A stretch of 64,000 bases of DNA, taken from Octopus sinensis (lineage: Eukaryota). The notes beneath the pieces are model-generated. The model had not been told where the DNA came from. It saw only the letters and a program-made list of their open reading frames with translations, and searched no databases. Both the position numbers and the translations under genes were made by a program. The number at the start of each line of letters is the position of its first letter. The first letter of the stretch is position 1. Where the stretch lies: assembly GCF_006345805.1 (NCBI RefSeq), contig NC_043001.1:24614001-24678000 (forward strand), read 5' to 3'. Shown here piece by piece: positions 25,474 to 36,460 of this stretch.

Positions 25474-26339
25474 CTTCAAATGAATAAATATACTCTAATG
25501 CATATTCTTAGTACTTTTCCTCTGTCTGTATATCCAAAATTAAATACATACATATATCTATACATACATATATACACACACACACACATATATATATATC
25601 TGTTTCGCCAGTCCTTAGTCAAATCGTCCAACCCATGCTAGCATGGAAAGCAGACGTTAAACGATGATGATGATGACAATGTGATGTTGAGGTAAAGGTG
25701 CACACAAATACACACATGCACACACATATATACACACTCACCACGTGCACACACACACACAAGCTTTTGTTAATTTCTGTCTACCAAATCCACTATTGAA
25801 CCTGAAATCAAATAGTTGAAAAGTAAATGAATGTATGTATGTGTGTGTATGTATGCATGCATGTATGTATGTGTGTGTATGTATGTGTTTGTATGTATGT
25901 GTGTGTATGTATGTGTATTTATGTATGTGTGTGTATGTATGTGTGTATGTTAGTATGTATGTCTATATGTATGTATGTGTGTATTCTGCATCTGTAAAGA
26001 AGAGAGCATGTGCAACCATCTGATGGCAGAAAAGTGATTCACTCACACAGCTAATTCAACATTAATTGTATTTCATTTTCTCATTTATCTACTAACCATT
26101 ATCCATAGTTATTATTGACATGCTGGGTGTTAGTGTTTATTTGAAGCATTTATTTCTTAAATTTTGTGTCTGAGAATCAGGCTATCTCTAGTTTGTTGTC
26201 AAGGGAGTAACTGATGTGGGTGTGGAGGTAAGTTGGCTGGTTGCACAGTAGCATGTTTTACATATAAATATATTAAGTGAAAAAATTAATATATTATCCA
26301 TTCGTAGTCGTTGAAAGGTGAGTAAAAAATTTATCATAT

Positions 26340-26610
26340 ATATCACCTGTATTAAGGCTGTCTAGCAGATGCTATACTCTGCGGGTCATTATGTACTTTC
26401 AGTGCCCCTTTTTTCTGCTATCTTGGCCCGAATTGTTTAATAAATCATTTTCCTATCATCAAGGAGCATTTCTGAGTGGCTTTTTTCTGATCTTTTAGAT
26501 GCCACTCAGTAACTGCATGGGCCCATGTGTTGTCTGTGTACTTAGTGACATGTCTAGCCCAGCTGAACTTATGCTTTTGATATGGCTGTGTTCACATCAT
26601 TCACCTCATT
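26340..26610 (-). mobile_element. Old RTE LINE relic
   Basis: WARHVTKYTDNTWAHAVTEWHLKDQK resembles the RTE motif WAGHV.R..D.RW...V.EW.P. Confidence 0.6.
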
Positions 26611-26621
26611 TAGCCTCAGGC

Positions 26622-26858
26622 CGACCAAAGCCTTGTAAGTGGATTTGGTAGACGGAAACAGAAATAAGCCTGTCATATATATATCATCATCATCATTTAA
26701 CATCCGCTTTCCATGTTCGCATGGGTTGGATGATTTAACTGAGGTCTGGCGAACCAGATGGCTGCATCCAACTCCAATCTGATCTGGCAGAGTTTCTACA
26801 GCTGGATGCCCTTCCTAATGCCAACCACTCCGAGAGTGTAGTATATATATATATATAT

Positions 26859-26896
<38 letters not shown>

Positions 26897-27108
26897 TGTA
26901 TATGTTTGTGTGTCTGTGTTTGTCTCCCCAACATCGCTTGACAAACAATGCTGGTGTGTCTACGTCCCCGTCACCTAGCAGTTTGGCAAGAGCGACCGAT
27001 AGAATAAGTACTAGGCTTACAAAGAATAAGTCCTGGGGTCTATTTGCTTGACTAAAGGCAGTGCTCCAGCATGGCCGCAGTCAAGTGACTGAAACAAATA
27101 AAAGAATA
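26622..27108 (+). mobile_element. SINE family A interrupted by a family B copy
   Basis: A left part 26622-26683, B on the minus strand 26684-26842, A resumes after (TA)n. Confidence 0.85.
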
Positions 27109-27146
27109 TGTACACATGTACACACACACAACTATATGCACATATA

Positions 27147-27368
27147 CACTAATTCCTTACCATCTCACGGTTCACCTATCACGGTTTATTATCTAAGCTT
27201 ATGTCGATTCTTCTCTGTTGTTTTGCATCTATAATAAAATAAATATGTACAAATTATAAAAATAATTTTAAAAAATATATACAGTACAGTACTGTTTCTA
27301 CTTCGTGGATTCTTACCTATCACAGGGAGTTTCTGAACGTAACGCCTGTGATAGATGAGGAATTACTG
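27147..27368. mobile_element. pogo/Tigger-like MITE
   Basis: TA|CACTAATTCCTT ... GAGGAATTACTG|TA; Tigger-like subterminal CTACTTCGTGGATT..CACCTATC motifs. Confidence 0.75.
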
Positions 27369-27654
27369 TATATCATTACATCAGTGAGAGAACTTTAAAT
27401 TATTGGTCACTGGATTTTATTTACAGAGTACTGAAGCCGATTCTATTTCTTATGTAATCAGTTAAATGACAGCTCTTTGACAAGTTTTGTCACAGGGAAT
27501 TTGAGCTTTGGCCTCAAATTGATGACTGGCAGAGAATAAAAGTTGTATCAGACAATAGCTGATATTGTTGTCTTTATTCTTTGAAGCCAAAATCGCTTTA
27601 CATGTTTTGTTTTCTTTATGAAATAATTAGCTTCACATTGTTATAAGGATTATA

Positions 27655-28064
27655 GGATCTTTTCGGTTTGAACTGCAGTTTTTTAACATAATTTCCACGT
27701 AACTAAACACTTTTAAACTTCGTATTCTGGTAGAATGTGTTTATAAAACATCTTTTTCTCTTGGCTTTATTGAGAAAATTCTATAGTTTGTAAGATATTT
27801 GTGGGTTTTTTCTTCAATTTCTGCAATTTCAACCAATCACTGACGTCTATTGAGGTAAAAAACATTCTGTGCCATATGAATATGTCCCTCATTTAAGCAA
27901 CAGATAGGGTTTATTTACATTTCTGAAGAAAAAAAGATACCCTTCCCCCCACCCTAACCCTAAAACAGATTGAAATGCAATAGATCAATACTAGGGTCAT
28001 AATTATGGGTGACAATTTCATGTGACACTGCTAGAAAAAACTGCCGTTCAAACCGAAAATATCC
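27655..28064. mobile_element. 410-bp MITE with 30-bp GG-ended TIRs and 8-bp TSD
   Basis: TIRs GGATCTTTTCGGTTTGAACTGCAGTTTTTT and GGATATTTTCGGTTTGAACGGCAGTTTTTT (2 mismatches); TSD GGATTATA at 27647-27654 and 28065-28072. Confidence 0.9.
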
Positions 28065-28296
28065 GGATTATATTTCTGTGCTTAATTCTACAGTGAGACT
28101 TTATCATGACTCAGAATTGTGTCTTTGATTAGTTCAAGATAGTTAAGATGTTGCTTAGCTCTACATCTGTCACTGATCATTAGCATACATATGTTCATAC
28201 ATACAAATGAATGTATGCATGCATGCTTAGAGTACTTAGAAAAATTTCAACCAGAATTGAACCAGGCAATGACTAACTTAGTAGAACCACCATATT

Positions 28297-28362
28297 AAAT
28301 GGCGGTGCCCCAGCATGGCCACAGCTCATAAGCTGAAACTAGAATCAATCAATCAATCAATC
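28297..28362 (+). mobile_element. Extremely 5'-truncated copy of the CR1-type LINE (3' tail only)
   Basis: AAATGGCGGTGCCCCAGCATGGCCACAGCTCATAAGCTGAAACTAGAATC(AATC)n, near identical to the reverse complement of 34937-35007. Confidence 0.85.
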
Positions 28363-28371
28363 ATATATATA

Positions 28372-29411
28372 CCGTAAAAACCCATGTAATTTATGCACTT
28401 TTTTTCGCAAAAGTAAAAAAAAAACTTTAGAAGGTGCGTAAATTACATGAGTAGATCATTTCCAGAATTTGTTTTGAAATTTTTTTTTGTTGTAGAAAGA
28501 TGTACAAAACAAACATTCATACCGGAAGTCAACTCATTTCATGTTAGAATAGGTTTTTACAGAAAAAAATAATGGCTTATATATGCATAATGAAGTTGAC
28601 TTTTATTTATGCTAGACAGTCTAATGCTTACTTTTTCTGTATAAATTTACTAAAACCATTAAATGTTTAACCAGTTTTTGAAGTTTGATGTTCATGCTGG
28701 TAAACATGGTCCCGGCCATATTTTACATTGCTTGGAGTTTCTACCTATGGCAATGGAGCACATATTTAATTTCTCCACAGTAAATGATTCAGAAGTTCTG
28801 CCCATACTGACAATAGCGGTAATGACAAATTTTTAAGTTTGCTTGATATTTTATAAGTGTGTAAGAGATTAAAATTGATACTCTGTATCAAAGCTTCCGA
28901 CAAGAGTAGGCAGAAAAGAATTCTGTTTACGTAATCAGCTTGATCGGTGACTTTCCTCTGTCGGTTGAGTAAAGTGTCATCCAAGCTGATGTTTATTGGT
29001 AATTAAACTTAATTTGCAACACCTGTGCATATTTATCAGCTTTGCTTTTGTTGGTAATTCTCATGAACAATTTTTCCTGTGAGCGTGATTTGAGAAGACA
29101 CACAGCAGTATGCTAAAGATTGGACATAATCTCTTGTGGGCAAGAAATATAAGATAAAATTTATCATAACCAACACAAAACAGAAATTATTTTTATTTAA
29201 TGAAAACTTAATAAAACCTAATCAGAAGTAAGTGAAATTATGCTAAATATAACTAAATTGAAAACCATTTTCTCCTGGCTATATCAGCAATTCTCGAAAC
29301 TTTTTGGTGCGATTTTCACATAAGTAGAAGCTTTTATTTTTTAAACAAATTTTATCCTGAAAATCACCTGTGTAAATTACACAGGTACACAAATTACATG
29401 GGTTTTTACGG
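28372..29411 (-). mobile_element. pogo-like DNA transposon deletion derivative
   Basis: TA|CCGTAAAAACCCATGTAATTT TIR, perfect over 21 bp, TA on both sides; internal ATTGCCATAGGTAGAAACTCCA looks like a decayed IAMDETP (inference). Confidence 0.8.
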
Positions 29412-29417
29412 TATGTG

Positions 29418-29560
29418 GATCTTTACCTTTTGACCTACAGATTTAAAAAATAATTTTTTGTAACTAAACACTTTCACACTTCATATACTGGTAGAATGTA
29501 TCATATAAAACACCTTTTACTCTTATAGTTTTTGAGAAAAGCTTATGTTTACAAAGTTAT
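29418..29560 (+). mobile_element. Older relative of the GG-TIR MITE, left fragment
   Basis: GGATCTTT...GTAACTAAACACTTT...ACTTCATATACTGGTAGAATG...ATAAAACA aligns with 27655-27790. Confidence 0.6.
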
Positions 29561-29963
29561 TTCATGTTGATGTATGTTTTTCCATCACTTTCCTCTACAC
29601 TAAACTGACATCCTCTGCATCCAATTCATTCCCTGTATTTAATCATCTGTCACACTATTTTCACTCAGTGCACATACCTGGTTATCGGTGTGGCACTCTG
29701 CACCCTTTATATACAGTACATTGCTAGTAGGGGGAGTGAACCCCCTACCGCCCTTTAGCAGCTAACAGGATCACAAGGCTGACTTAGTTTCAAGCTGTTT
29801 GGCTCATCCTTAGCCATGAGCACCTGCATGCCAGAGCAATAGTTAGAATCTGCTACCGCTCACAATACATTGTCAACAAAGTGACCATCGGTCATTGATT
29901 TGCAACAAGCAAAATAGTTAGTTGCAAAAATTTCAAGTCGAGATCAGAGCAATAACTATACTT

Positions 29964-30301
29964 GAGACCCCCTTCAGTCATGACTGGCCATGGGATTGCA
30001 CTTAGAAAGCTACCCTCCCAGGCACAAATCCGGGCAAGGTTGTTTGTGGAAGACCAGCAGTTGCCCATGCATACTGGACTCCCCTCTCCATGCCACCAGT
30101 GTTATCCAAGGGAATGGCAAAGGGACTGATACGGCTTGGCACCTGTGACGTCGCAATTCATTTCTACAGCTGAGTGAACTGGAGCAACGTGAAATAAAGT
30201 GTCTTGCTCAAGAACACAATACACAGCCCGGTCCGGGATTCGAACTCACAACCTCACGATCATAAGCTCGACGCTCTAACCACTGAGCCATGCACCTTCA
30301 C
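29964..30301 (-). mobile_element. SINE family F (tRNA head plus CORE-like domain)
   Basis: Head GGTGCATGGCTCAGTGGTTAGAGCG...GAGTTCGAATCCC; then TGTGTTCTTGAGCAAGACACTT...CTCAGCTGTAGAAATG, similar to the MIR/CORE domain. Confidence 0.85.
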
Positions 30302-30610
30302 AATAACTATACTAAACAATATACATACATACAGATGTCAACCAAATCCATTCACAAGGCTTTGATTGGCCATGGAATATGCAAGATATTTGCCCAAAGT
30401 GCCCTGCAATGGAACAGAACCCAAGACTACGTGATTGTGAAACAAACTTTTTACCACACACACACACACACATACATGTATATATATTTAGAAAGAGACA
30501 TGTAGACAGACAGAGAGAGAGAGAGAAAAAAACAAACAAAAGATTTTCAATATTATTTCACTGCTTAACAGGTATAGGTGGTAACAATTAACTTATCGTA
30601 CTGAAATGAC

Positions 30611-30694
30611 CTGGATTCATTCCTTTCATTTTGATAAACCTCCAAGATGAGCTGCATGCAATCCAAATTACATTAGCAACTTCAAAGCAAACTT
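30611..30694 (-). CDS. Candidate exon
   Basis: Strong acceptor TATTTTTATCACCTCTCTGTAG; single open frame VCFEVANVIWIACSSSWRFIKMKGMNP; weak donor (alternative end at 30602). Confidence 0.25.
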
Positions 30695-30844
30695 CTACAG
30701 AGAGGTGATAAAAATAGATCACCTTCTATAAATTATGTTGTGATTAATAAGAAAGAATAAAACACCCAGATTTAGAGATTTCATAAGAGGTAGGCAATGA
30801 AGTTGTTTGGTCATGACATCATGACATTGCACTTTTATTGAATA

Positions 30845-31236
30845 CTAGCAGTATCGCCTGGTGTTGTTCGGGTTTGTAAGGGAAATAACTATATAAGCAT
30901 TTTTTAGAGATGTAAAGTATAATAGCCATCTCAATATGGCTAACCACAAAGGGGGTTGGGGCTACTGTAGCTTTTAACGTTCTGAGATTTAATAAATTTT
31001 TAGAGAGTTACTTCCCTTATATATGCCAAAAATGCATTAAAAAATGGGAAAAATTGATGGTAAATTTTTTTTTAAATCGTAGACTCATCGTAGATGCACG
31101 CTAATACCCAGAAGGGCTCGATATGAATCACGACTATAAGATACCTGGTTTTGGTTAAACTGCACCGCAAAATGTGGGAGTAGTTAGGAATCTAAATCGT
31201 AGGAGACAGACACTCACACTTACTTTTATATATAAA
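30845..31236 (-). mobile_element. Non-autonomous Helitron, second family
   Basis: A|TCTTTATATATAAAAG 5' end; 3' end AAACCCGAACAACACCAGGCGATACTGCTAG|T. Confidence 0.85.
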
Positions 31237-31254
31237 GATGATATCTTTTGTCAT

Positions 31255-32052
31255 TTCTCTTCTACTTGTTTCAGTCATTTGACTGTGGCCATGCTGGAGC
31301 CCAGCCTTGAAGAATTTTTAGTCAAATGTATCAACCCCAGTTCTGATCCCTTTCTTAAACCTGATGCTTATTGTATCAGTATCTTTTGCTGAACCACTAA
31401 GTTACAGGGATTAAACACACCAACACTGGTTGTCAAGCAGTGGTGGGGGACAAACAAAGAGACAGACACACATACGACAGGCTTCTTTCAGTTTCCATCT
31501 ACCAAATCCACTCACAAGGCTTTGGTTGGCCTGAGGCTCTAGTAGAAGACACTTGCCCAAAATGTCACACAGTGGGACTGAACCCAGAACATGTGGTTGG
31601 GAAGCAAGCTTCTTATTTCTTTATTGTCCACAAGGGGCTAAACATAGAGGGGACAAACAAGGACAGACAAAGGGATTAAGTTGATTGCATCAACCCCAGT
31701 ACATAACTGGTACTTAATTTATCAACCCCGAAATGATGAAAGTCAACCTCGGTGGAATTTGAACTCAGAACATAAAGACAGAAGTAATACCTATTTCTTT
31801 ACTACCCACAAGGGGCTAAATGCAGAAGGGACAAACAAGGACATACAAATGGATTAAGCCGATTATATCGACCCTAGTATGTAACTGGTACTTATTTAAT
31901 CGACCCCGAAAGGATGAAAGGCAAAGTCGACCTCAGTAGAATTTGAACTCAGAACGTAAAGACAGACGGAATACTGTTAAGCATTTTGCCCAGTGTGCTA
32001 ACGTTTCTGCCAGCTCGCCGCCTTCTTAGCACACAGCCACACCTGCACCTAT
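31255..32052 (-). mobile_element. SINE family A whose tRNA head is interrupted by a SINE C array
   Basis: A body to 31614, C array 31615-32024, A head resumes CTTAGCACACAGCC; CTT is duplicated. Confidence 0.8.
31615..32024 (-). mobile_element. SINE family C tandem array (2 body units)
   Basis: CCACAAGGGGCTAAA..GGGACAAACAAGGAC repeated; intact head AAGGCGGCGAGCTGGCAGAAACGTTAGC. Confidence 0.85.
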
Positions 32053-32354
32053 ATATGAGCAAATTACAGTTAAAAGAGATGTAGGAAGACCACAAGGGAG
32101 GTAATCGAGCAACATCTGTGAATGGACTGGGGAAGAGGAAAGTAGATACATTCAATTGCCTTTTGACTTGAAAAGATAAAGACAGGAGGTTATTCTGTTT
32201 CTTACTATGATTCCCTTCAGGGCATCCCTTGATTATGAATTGTGAAGGTATTCAATTTGTCGACTGATAATGGTTGAATCTAGTAGCAACTCCAACTCAC
32301 TAATTTTACTTGTGTTCTGTACTATTTTCTAACAATATTCAGTATTCTTTTGCT

Positions 32355-32745
32355 CTTTTACGTGTTTCAGTCATGCTGGAGCGCCACCTTTAGTCGAGCA
32401 AATCGACCCCAGGACTTATTCTTTGTAAGCCTAGTACTTATTTTATCAGTCTCTATTGCCGAACCGCTAGGTTACGGGGACGTAAACACACCAGCATCGG
32501 TTGTCAAGCAATGTTGGTGGGGACAAACACAGACACACAAGCATACACATACACTTACATATATATATGTATATACATATATATGACAGGCTTCTTTCAG
32601 TTTCTGTCTAACAAATCTACTCACAAGGCTTTGGTGGCCTGAGGCTATAATAGAAGACACTTGCCCATGGTGCCACACAGTGGGACTGAACCCGGAACCA
32701 TGTGGTTTGTAAGCAAGCTATTTACCACACAGCCACTCCTATGCC
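32355..32745 (-). mobile_element. SINE family A
   Basis: Full-length reverse complement. Confidence 0.9.
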
Positions 32746-33271
32746 TATATAAACAATTCATGGTACCACACTCAAACAGAAGAATTTAAGCATCTAACTA
32801 CAATCTATCTAATTACAATTGAAGAAATCTCTGTGAGGATGTGTGCACATGCTTGTACCAGGATTACTAGACAAGTGACCATTGTACAAAATCCAGCATG
32901 ATTATTTCCCTTTATCAGCAGTACTCTTTTTTCCAAAGTCTGCAAGTGGTAGTCCTGGCAAACCCATCTGACCCATTTTTTTAACTTACATTTTTTTTAA
33001 TATATTTTTTTTTCCTTATCTCTAATCTTAAAATTGGTTCACAACTATAACAATAATGGCCTTTTGAAACCCAAAGACAATGTCTGTTTGTTGAAAAAAA
33101 TAGATATGAGGTGTTTGGATTGAAACATCGGATTAAAACTTTGAATTGAAACACAGAACAAGTATGTCTTCATTAATCAAGGAATTAGTGAAATATTTAT
33201 TATTTCTTATCTCTTCTAGCTTTTGAGAAGTGAAATAATATTGTAAAATCTTGTTTGTGTCTGCTCTCTTT

Positions 33272-33276
33272 ATATA

Positions 33277-33312
<36 letters not shown>

Positions 33313-33360
33313 TGTATGTATGTATGTGTATATATATATGTATGTATATATATATGTATA

Positions 33361-33393
<33 letters not shown>

Positions 33394-33498
33394 ATATATA
33401 TATATGTGTATATATATATATGTATATATATATATGTATATATATGTATGTATGTATGTATATATATATATGTGTATATATATATATGTATATATATA

Positions 33499-33530
<32 letters not shown>

Positions 33531-33575
33531 GTATATATATATATATGTATATATATAATATATATATATATATAT
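33272..33575. repeat. ~300-bp (TA)n/(TATG)n alternating purine-pyrimidine tract
   Basis: Visible directly. Confidence 0.95.
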
Positions 33576-33849
33576 TAAAACAACAGATTCTCTTTTTTTC
33601 TAAATCTAATTATTTTCATACATTTCAGAACCAAATTATTAATGAAAATTTAGGATTTAGGATTGCTTCATAATATTTGAAGAAAAGAAACAGTGATAAT
33701 TAAATTATTATTAATAAAGGATTAAGAATTGAAACCTTATAATTCAGTACTCTAGCTGTTGATTATATATGTCTGTTTACATCTGCAAGTGGGTGTCAGC
33801 ATCCCCATAAATTCTTTGCAGTAGTTCTGTTTATTATACCAGTATTTTG

Positions 33850-34200
33850 TCTTTTACTTGGTTCAGTCATTAGACTGTGGCCATGCTGGGGCACCACCTT
33901 GAAGAGCTTTTAGCCAAATTAATCAACCCTAGTATTTTAATTTTCTTAAACCTGGTACTTATTCTGTCAGTCTCTTATACTGAACTTACTTAAGGGGATG
34001 TAAACACACCAACACCAGTTGTAAGGTGGTGGTAGGGAACAAACACACCACACACACATATACAAAAGTTTCCGTCTATCAAATCAACTCACAAGACTAT
34101 GGTCAGCCTGAGGCTATGGTAGAAGACATATGCTCAAGGTACCACACAGTGGGACTGAACCCAGAACCATGTGGTTAGAAAACAAATTTCTTACATTGCC
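33850..34200 (-). mobile_element. SINE family A, older copy
   Basis: Tail, centre and head recognisable. Confidence 0.8.
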
Positions 34201-34479
34201 ATCATTTATATGTTTTAATTTTTTTAATGCAGGCAATTTACTAGAGATTTGTTAAGGAACTGTCTGTGGCAGATAGTGGCTTCATGTTTGAGGGCAGAGT
34301 AGTTTGGGACTTTGTGAGACTCAAAAGCAGATGTGTGGCATGTGTGTGTGTGTGTGCCTGTCGGAGGCAACTGCGTCAAAACTACAAAGTCACTATCAAC
34401 ATTTTCCTTGTAAAAATTAAATATAATGTGATTCAGTTCTATATTTAAGAGATGAGGGATTATGTACATTATTTACATT

Positions 34480-34665
34480 TCATGGATATTTGTCCTCATC
34501 TTGTTTGTTGTTAGCACATTTCGGCTGATATACCCTCCAGCCATCGTCAGGTGTCTTGGGGAAATTTCGAACCTGGGTTCTCATTCCTAAGGTATTTTCA
34601 ATGTTATTATTATTAAGTGAGAGAGCAGTGCGTGCCATGAAAGTGACACTGGGGTAAAATATACA
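34480..34665 (-). mobile_element. Penelope-like terminal repeat with hammerhead motif
   Basis: GACAC CTGACGA T GGCTG-GAGGGTATAT-CAGCC GAAA at 34555-34519; stem III damaged. Confidence 0.6.
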
Positions 34666-35029
34666 AAGCCCATACATATATATATATATATATATATATA
34701 AAGCTTTGTCGATATACACCTGGTATTTTGAAATGAACTTACTTTTTGCCAGCTTCAAAACCTATATATCATTTACGAAGAAATATTATTATATGTTAGC
34801 AGATTTTGCTGTTTCTTTTGCCCTAATGTATAAAATTGTTTCACAAGAATAACTATAATGGCCTTTTGAAACCTAAAAATAATGTTCACTTGTTAAAACT
34901 AGCCCCATTTGAGATTGTTTCTCGGATATATTTGTATGATTGATTGATTGATTGATTGATTCTATTTTCAGTTTATGAGCTGTGGCCATGCTGGGGCACC
35001 GCCATTTGGTGTTGCTACTTGGTTTCACT

Positions 35030-35593
35030 TCATGGGGGCTTTCTAGCAACTGCTATTTGGTGCATGAGAGAGTTCGATGCAGCTGCCCTCATCTGCCCCT
35101 CCTGCCGTGAAGTTGGTTCATCTGGGACACCTGACAGGAAGAGATCCAGCTTCATTTTAAAGACATCTGTATCCACCCCATGCAGGTCTCTCAGGTTCTT
35201 CGGGAGGATATTGAAGAGCTGTGGGCCTCGGAAGCCCAGGCTATCACAGAATCTTGTCCTACATCTTGATGGCAGGTTTGGAGTCCTAGGCACCACGCAG
35301 TGGCGCCCAGTTCTGGCATTTGCGTAACTCTCGATGCCAAAGTTCAGGACACTTCCCCCCAGGATCTTCCAGATGTATATTATGGCATATCTTTCCCGCC
35401 TACGCTCCAGGGAATATAATTTTAATCTCTTGAGTCTTTCCCAGTAGCTTACATTCTGCATAGAGGCTATCTTCTTCGTGTAGCTTCGTTGGATCGCCTC
35501 AAGTTCTGTGATCAACTTGACACTGGATGGTGACCATAGCTGAGAGCAATAGTCAAAGTGGCTTAGGACAAGTGTCTTCCAGAGGACCATCAT
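35030..35593 (-). pseudogene. LINE ORF2 C-terminal part, after the second frameshift
   Basis: LSHFDYCSQLWSP...LEAIQRSYTK...YWERLKRLKLYSLERRRER is a CR1-type C-terminus. Confidence 0.9.
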
Positions 35594-36460
35594 GGTTCTT
35601 GTTCTCTTGTTCTAAAGGTTCTAAGAATCCATCCAGCCAGCCGTCTACATTTCATTGTCAGTTTAGCAACATGTACATGAAAGGTCGCGTCATCACTCAT
35701 GTGAATACCCAGGTCACGCACTGATTGTGCCTCTGGGATTGCAATCCCTCCGGGTCCAGTGTATTCATTGGGTATTGCATTCTGTTTTGCATGCTGATAG
35801 TATAAAGCTTGAAACTTTCCAGCATTGAACTGCATGCTATTCTTTTCAGCCCACTTGTATATTTCGTCCAGCTCACATTGCAGGTGTTTAGTGTCCTCAG
35901 GGTTCTGTATTGCCTGTGAAACTTTTGTATCATCTGCATAACTTGTGATCGTGGCTCTCTGCGTGGCTGAGGGCATGTCTGAGAGGGCCATTATGAACAG
36001 TAGTGGTCCCAGAACAGTGCCCTGCGGAACACCGCTCACTATTTGTGTGTTAATGGAGGTGGCCCCATTGGCTACTACCACCTGACTTCTATCCTTCAGA
36101 AAGTCATGAAGCCATTCTCCCAGTTTTCCAACTATGTTGAGATCACGCAGTTTGTGACATATCATTCCATGATCGACTTTATCAAAGGCCTTTGCAAAGT
36201 CGAGATATATCACTTCCACATTTGAGTGGTTGAGCAGCCGTTTCAGCACCCAGTCATAGTGTTGTAGGAGCTGAGTTAAACAGCTTCTCCCTGGTCGGAA
36301 ACCATGTTGGGTGTCGGGCAGCAAGTCATTCTCTTCAAGGAAGGTGATCAGCTTCCTTCTGACTATTCGTTCCATGACCTTGCTGATGTGTGAGGTCAGA
36401 GAGATAGGTCTATAGTTCTTGGCTTCCGCTCTGCTACCTCCTTTATGAATGGGGCATATT
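35590..36460 (-). pseudogene. LINE ORF2 reverse transcriptase domain
   Basis: YRPISLTS upstream of the listed ORF, QHGFRPGRSCLTQLL, YLDFAKAFDKVDH, GVPQGTVLGPLLF, YADDTK. Confidence 0.95.

Noticed and set aside
30200-30301. tRNA-like sequences with A and B boxes, also at 14800-14868 and in all A and C heads
   Set aside because: No complete cloverleaf or 3' acceptor strand, and each runs on into a SINE body; these are not tRNA genes.
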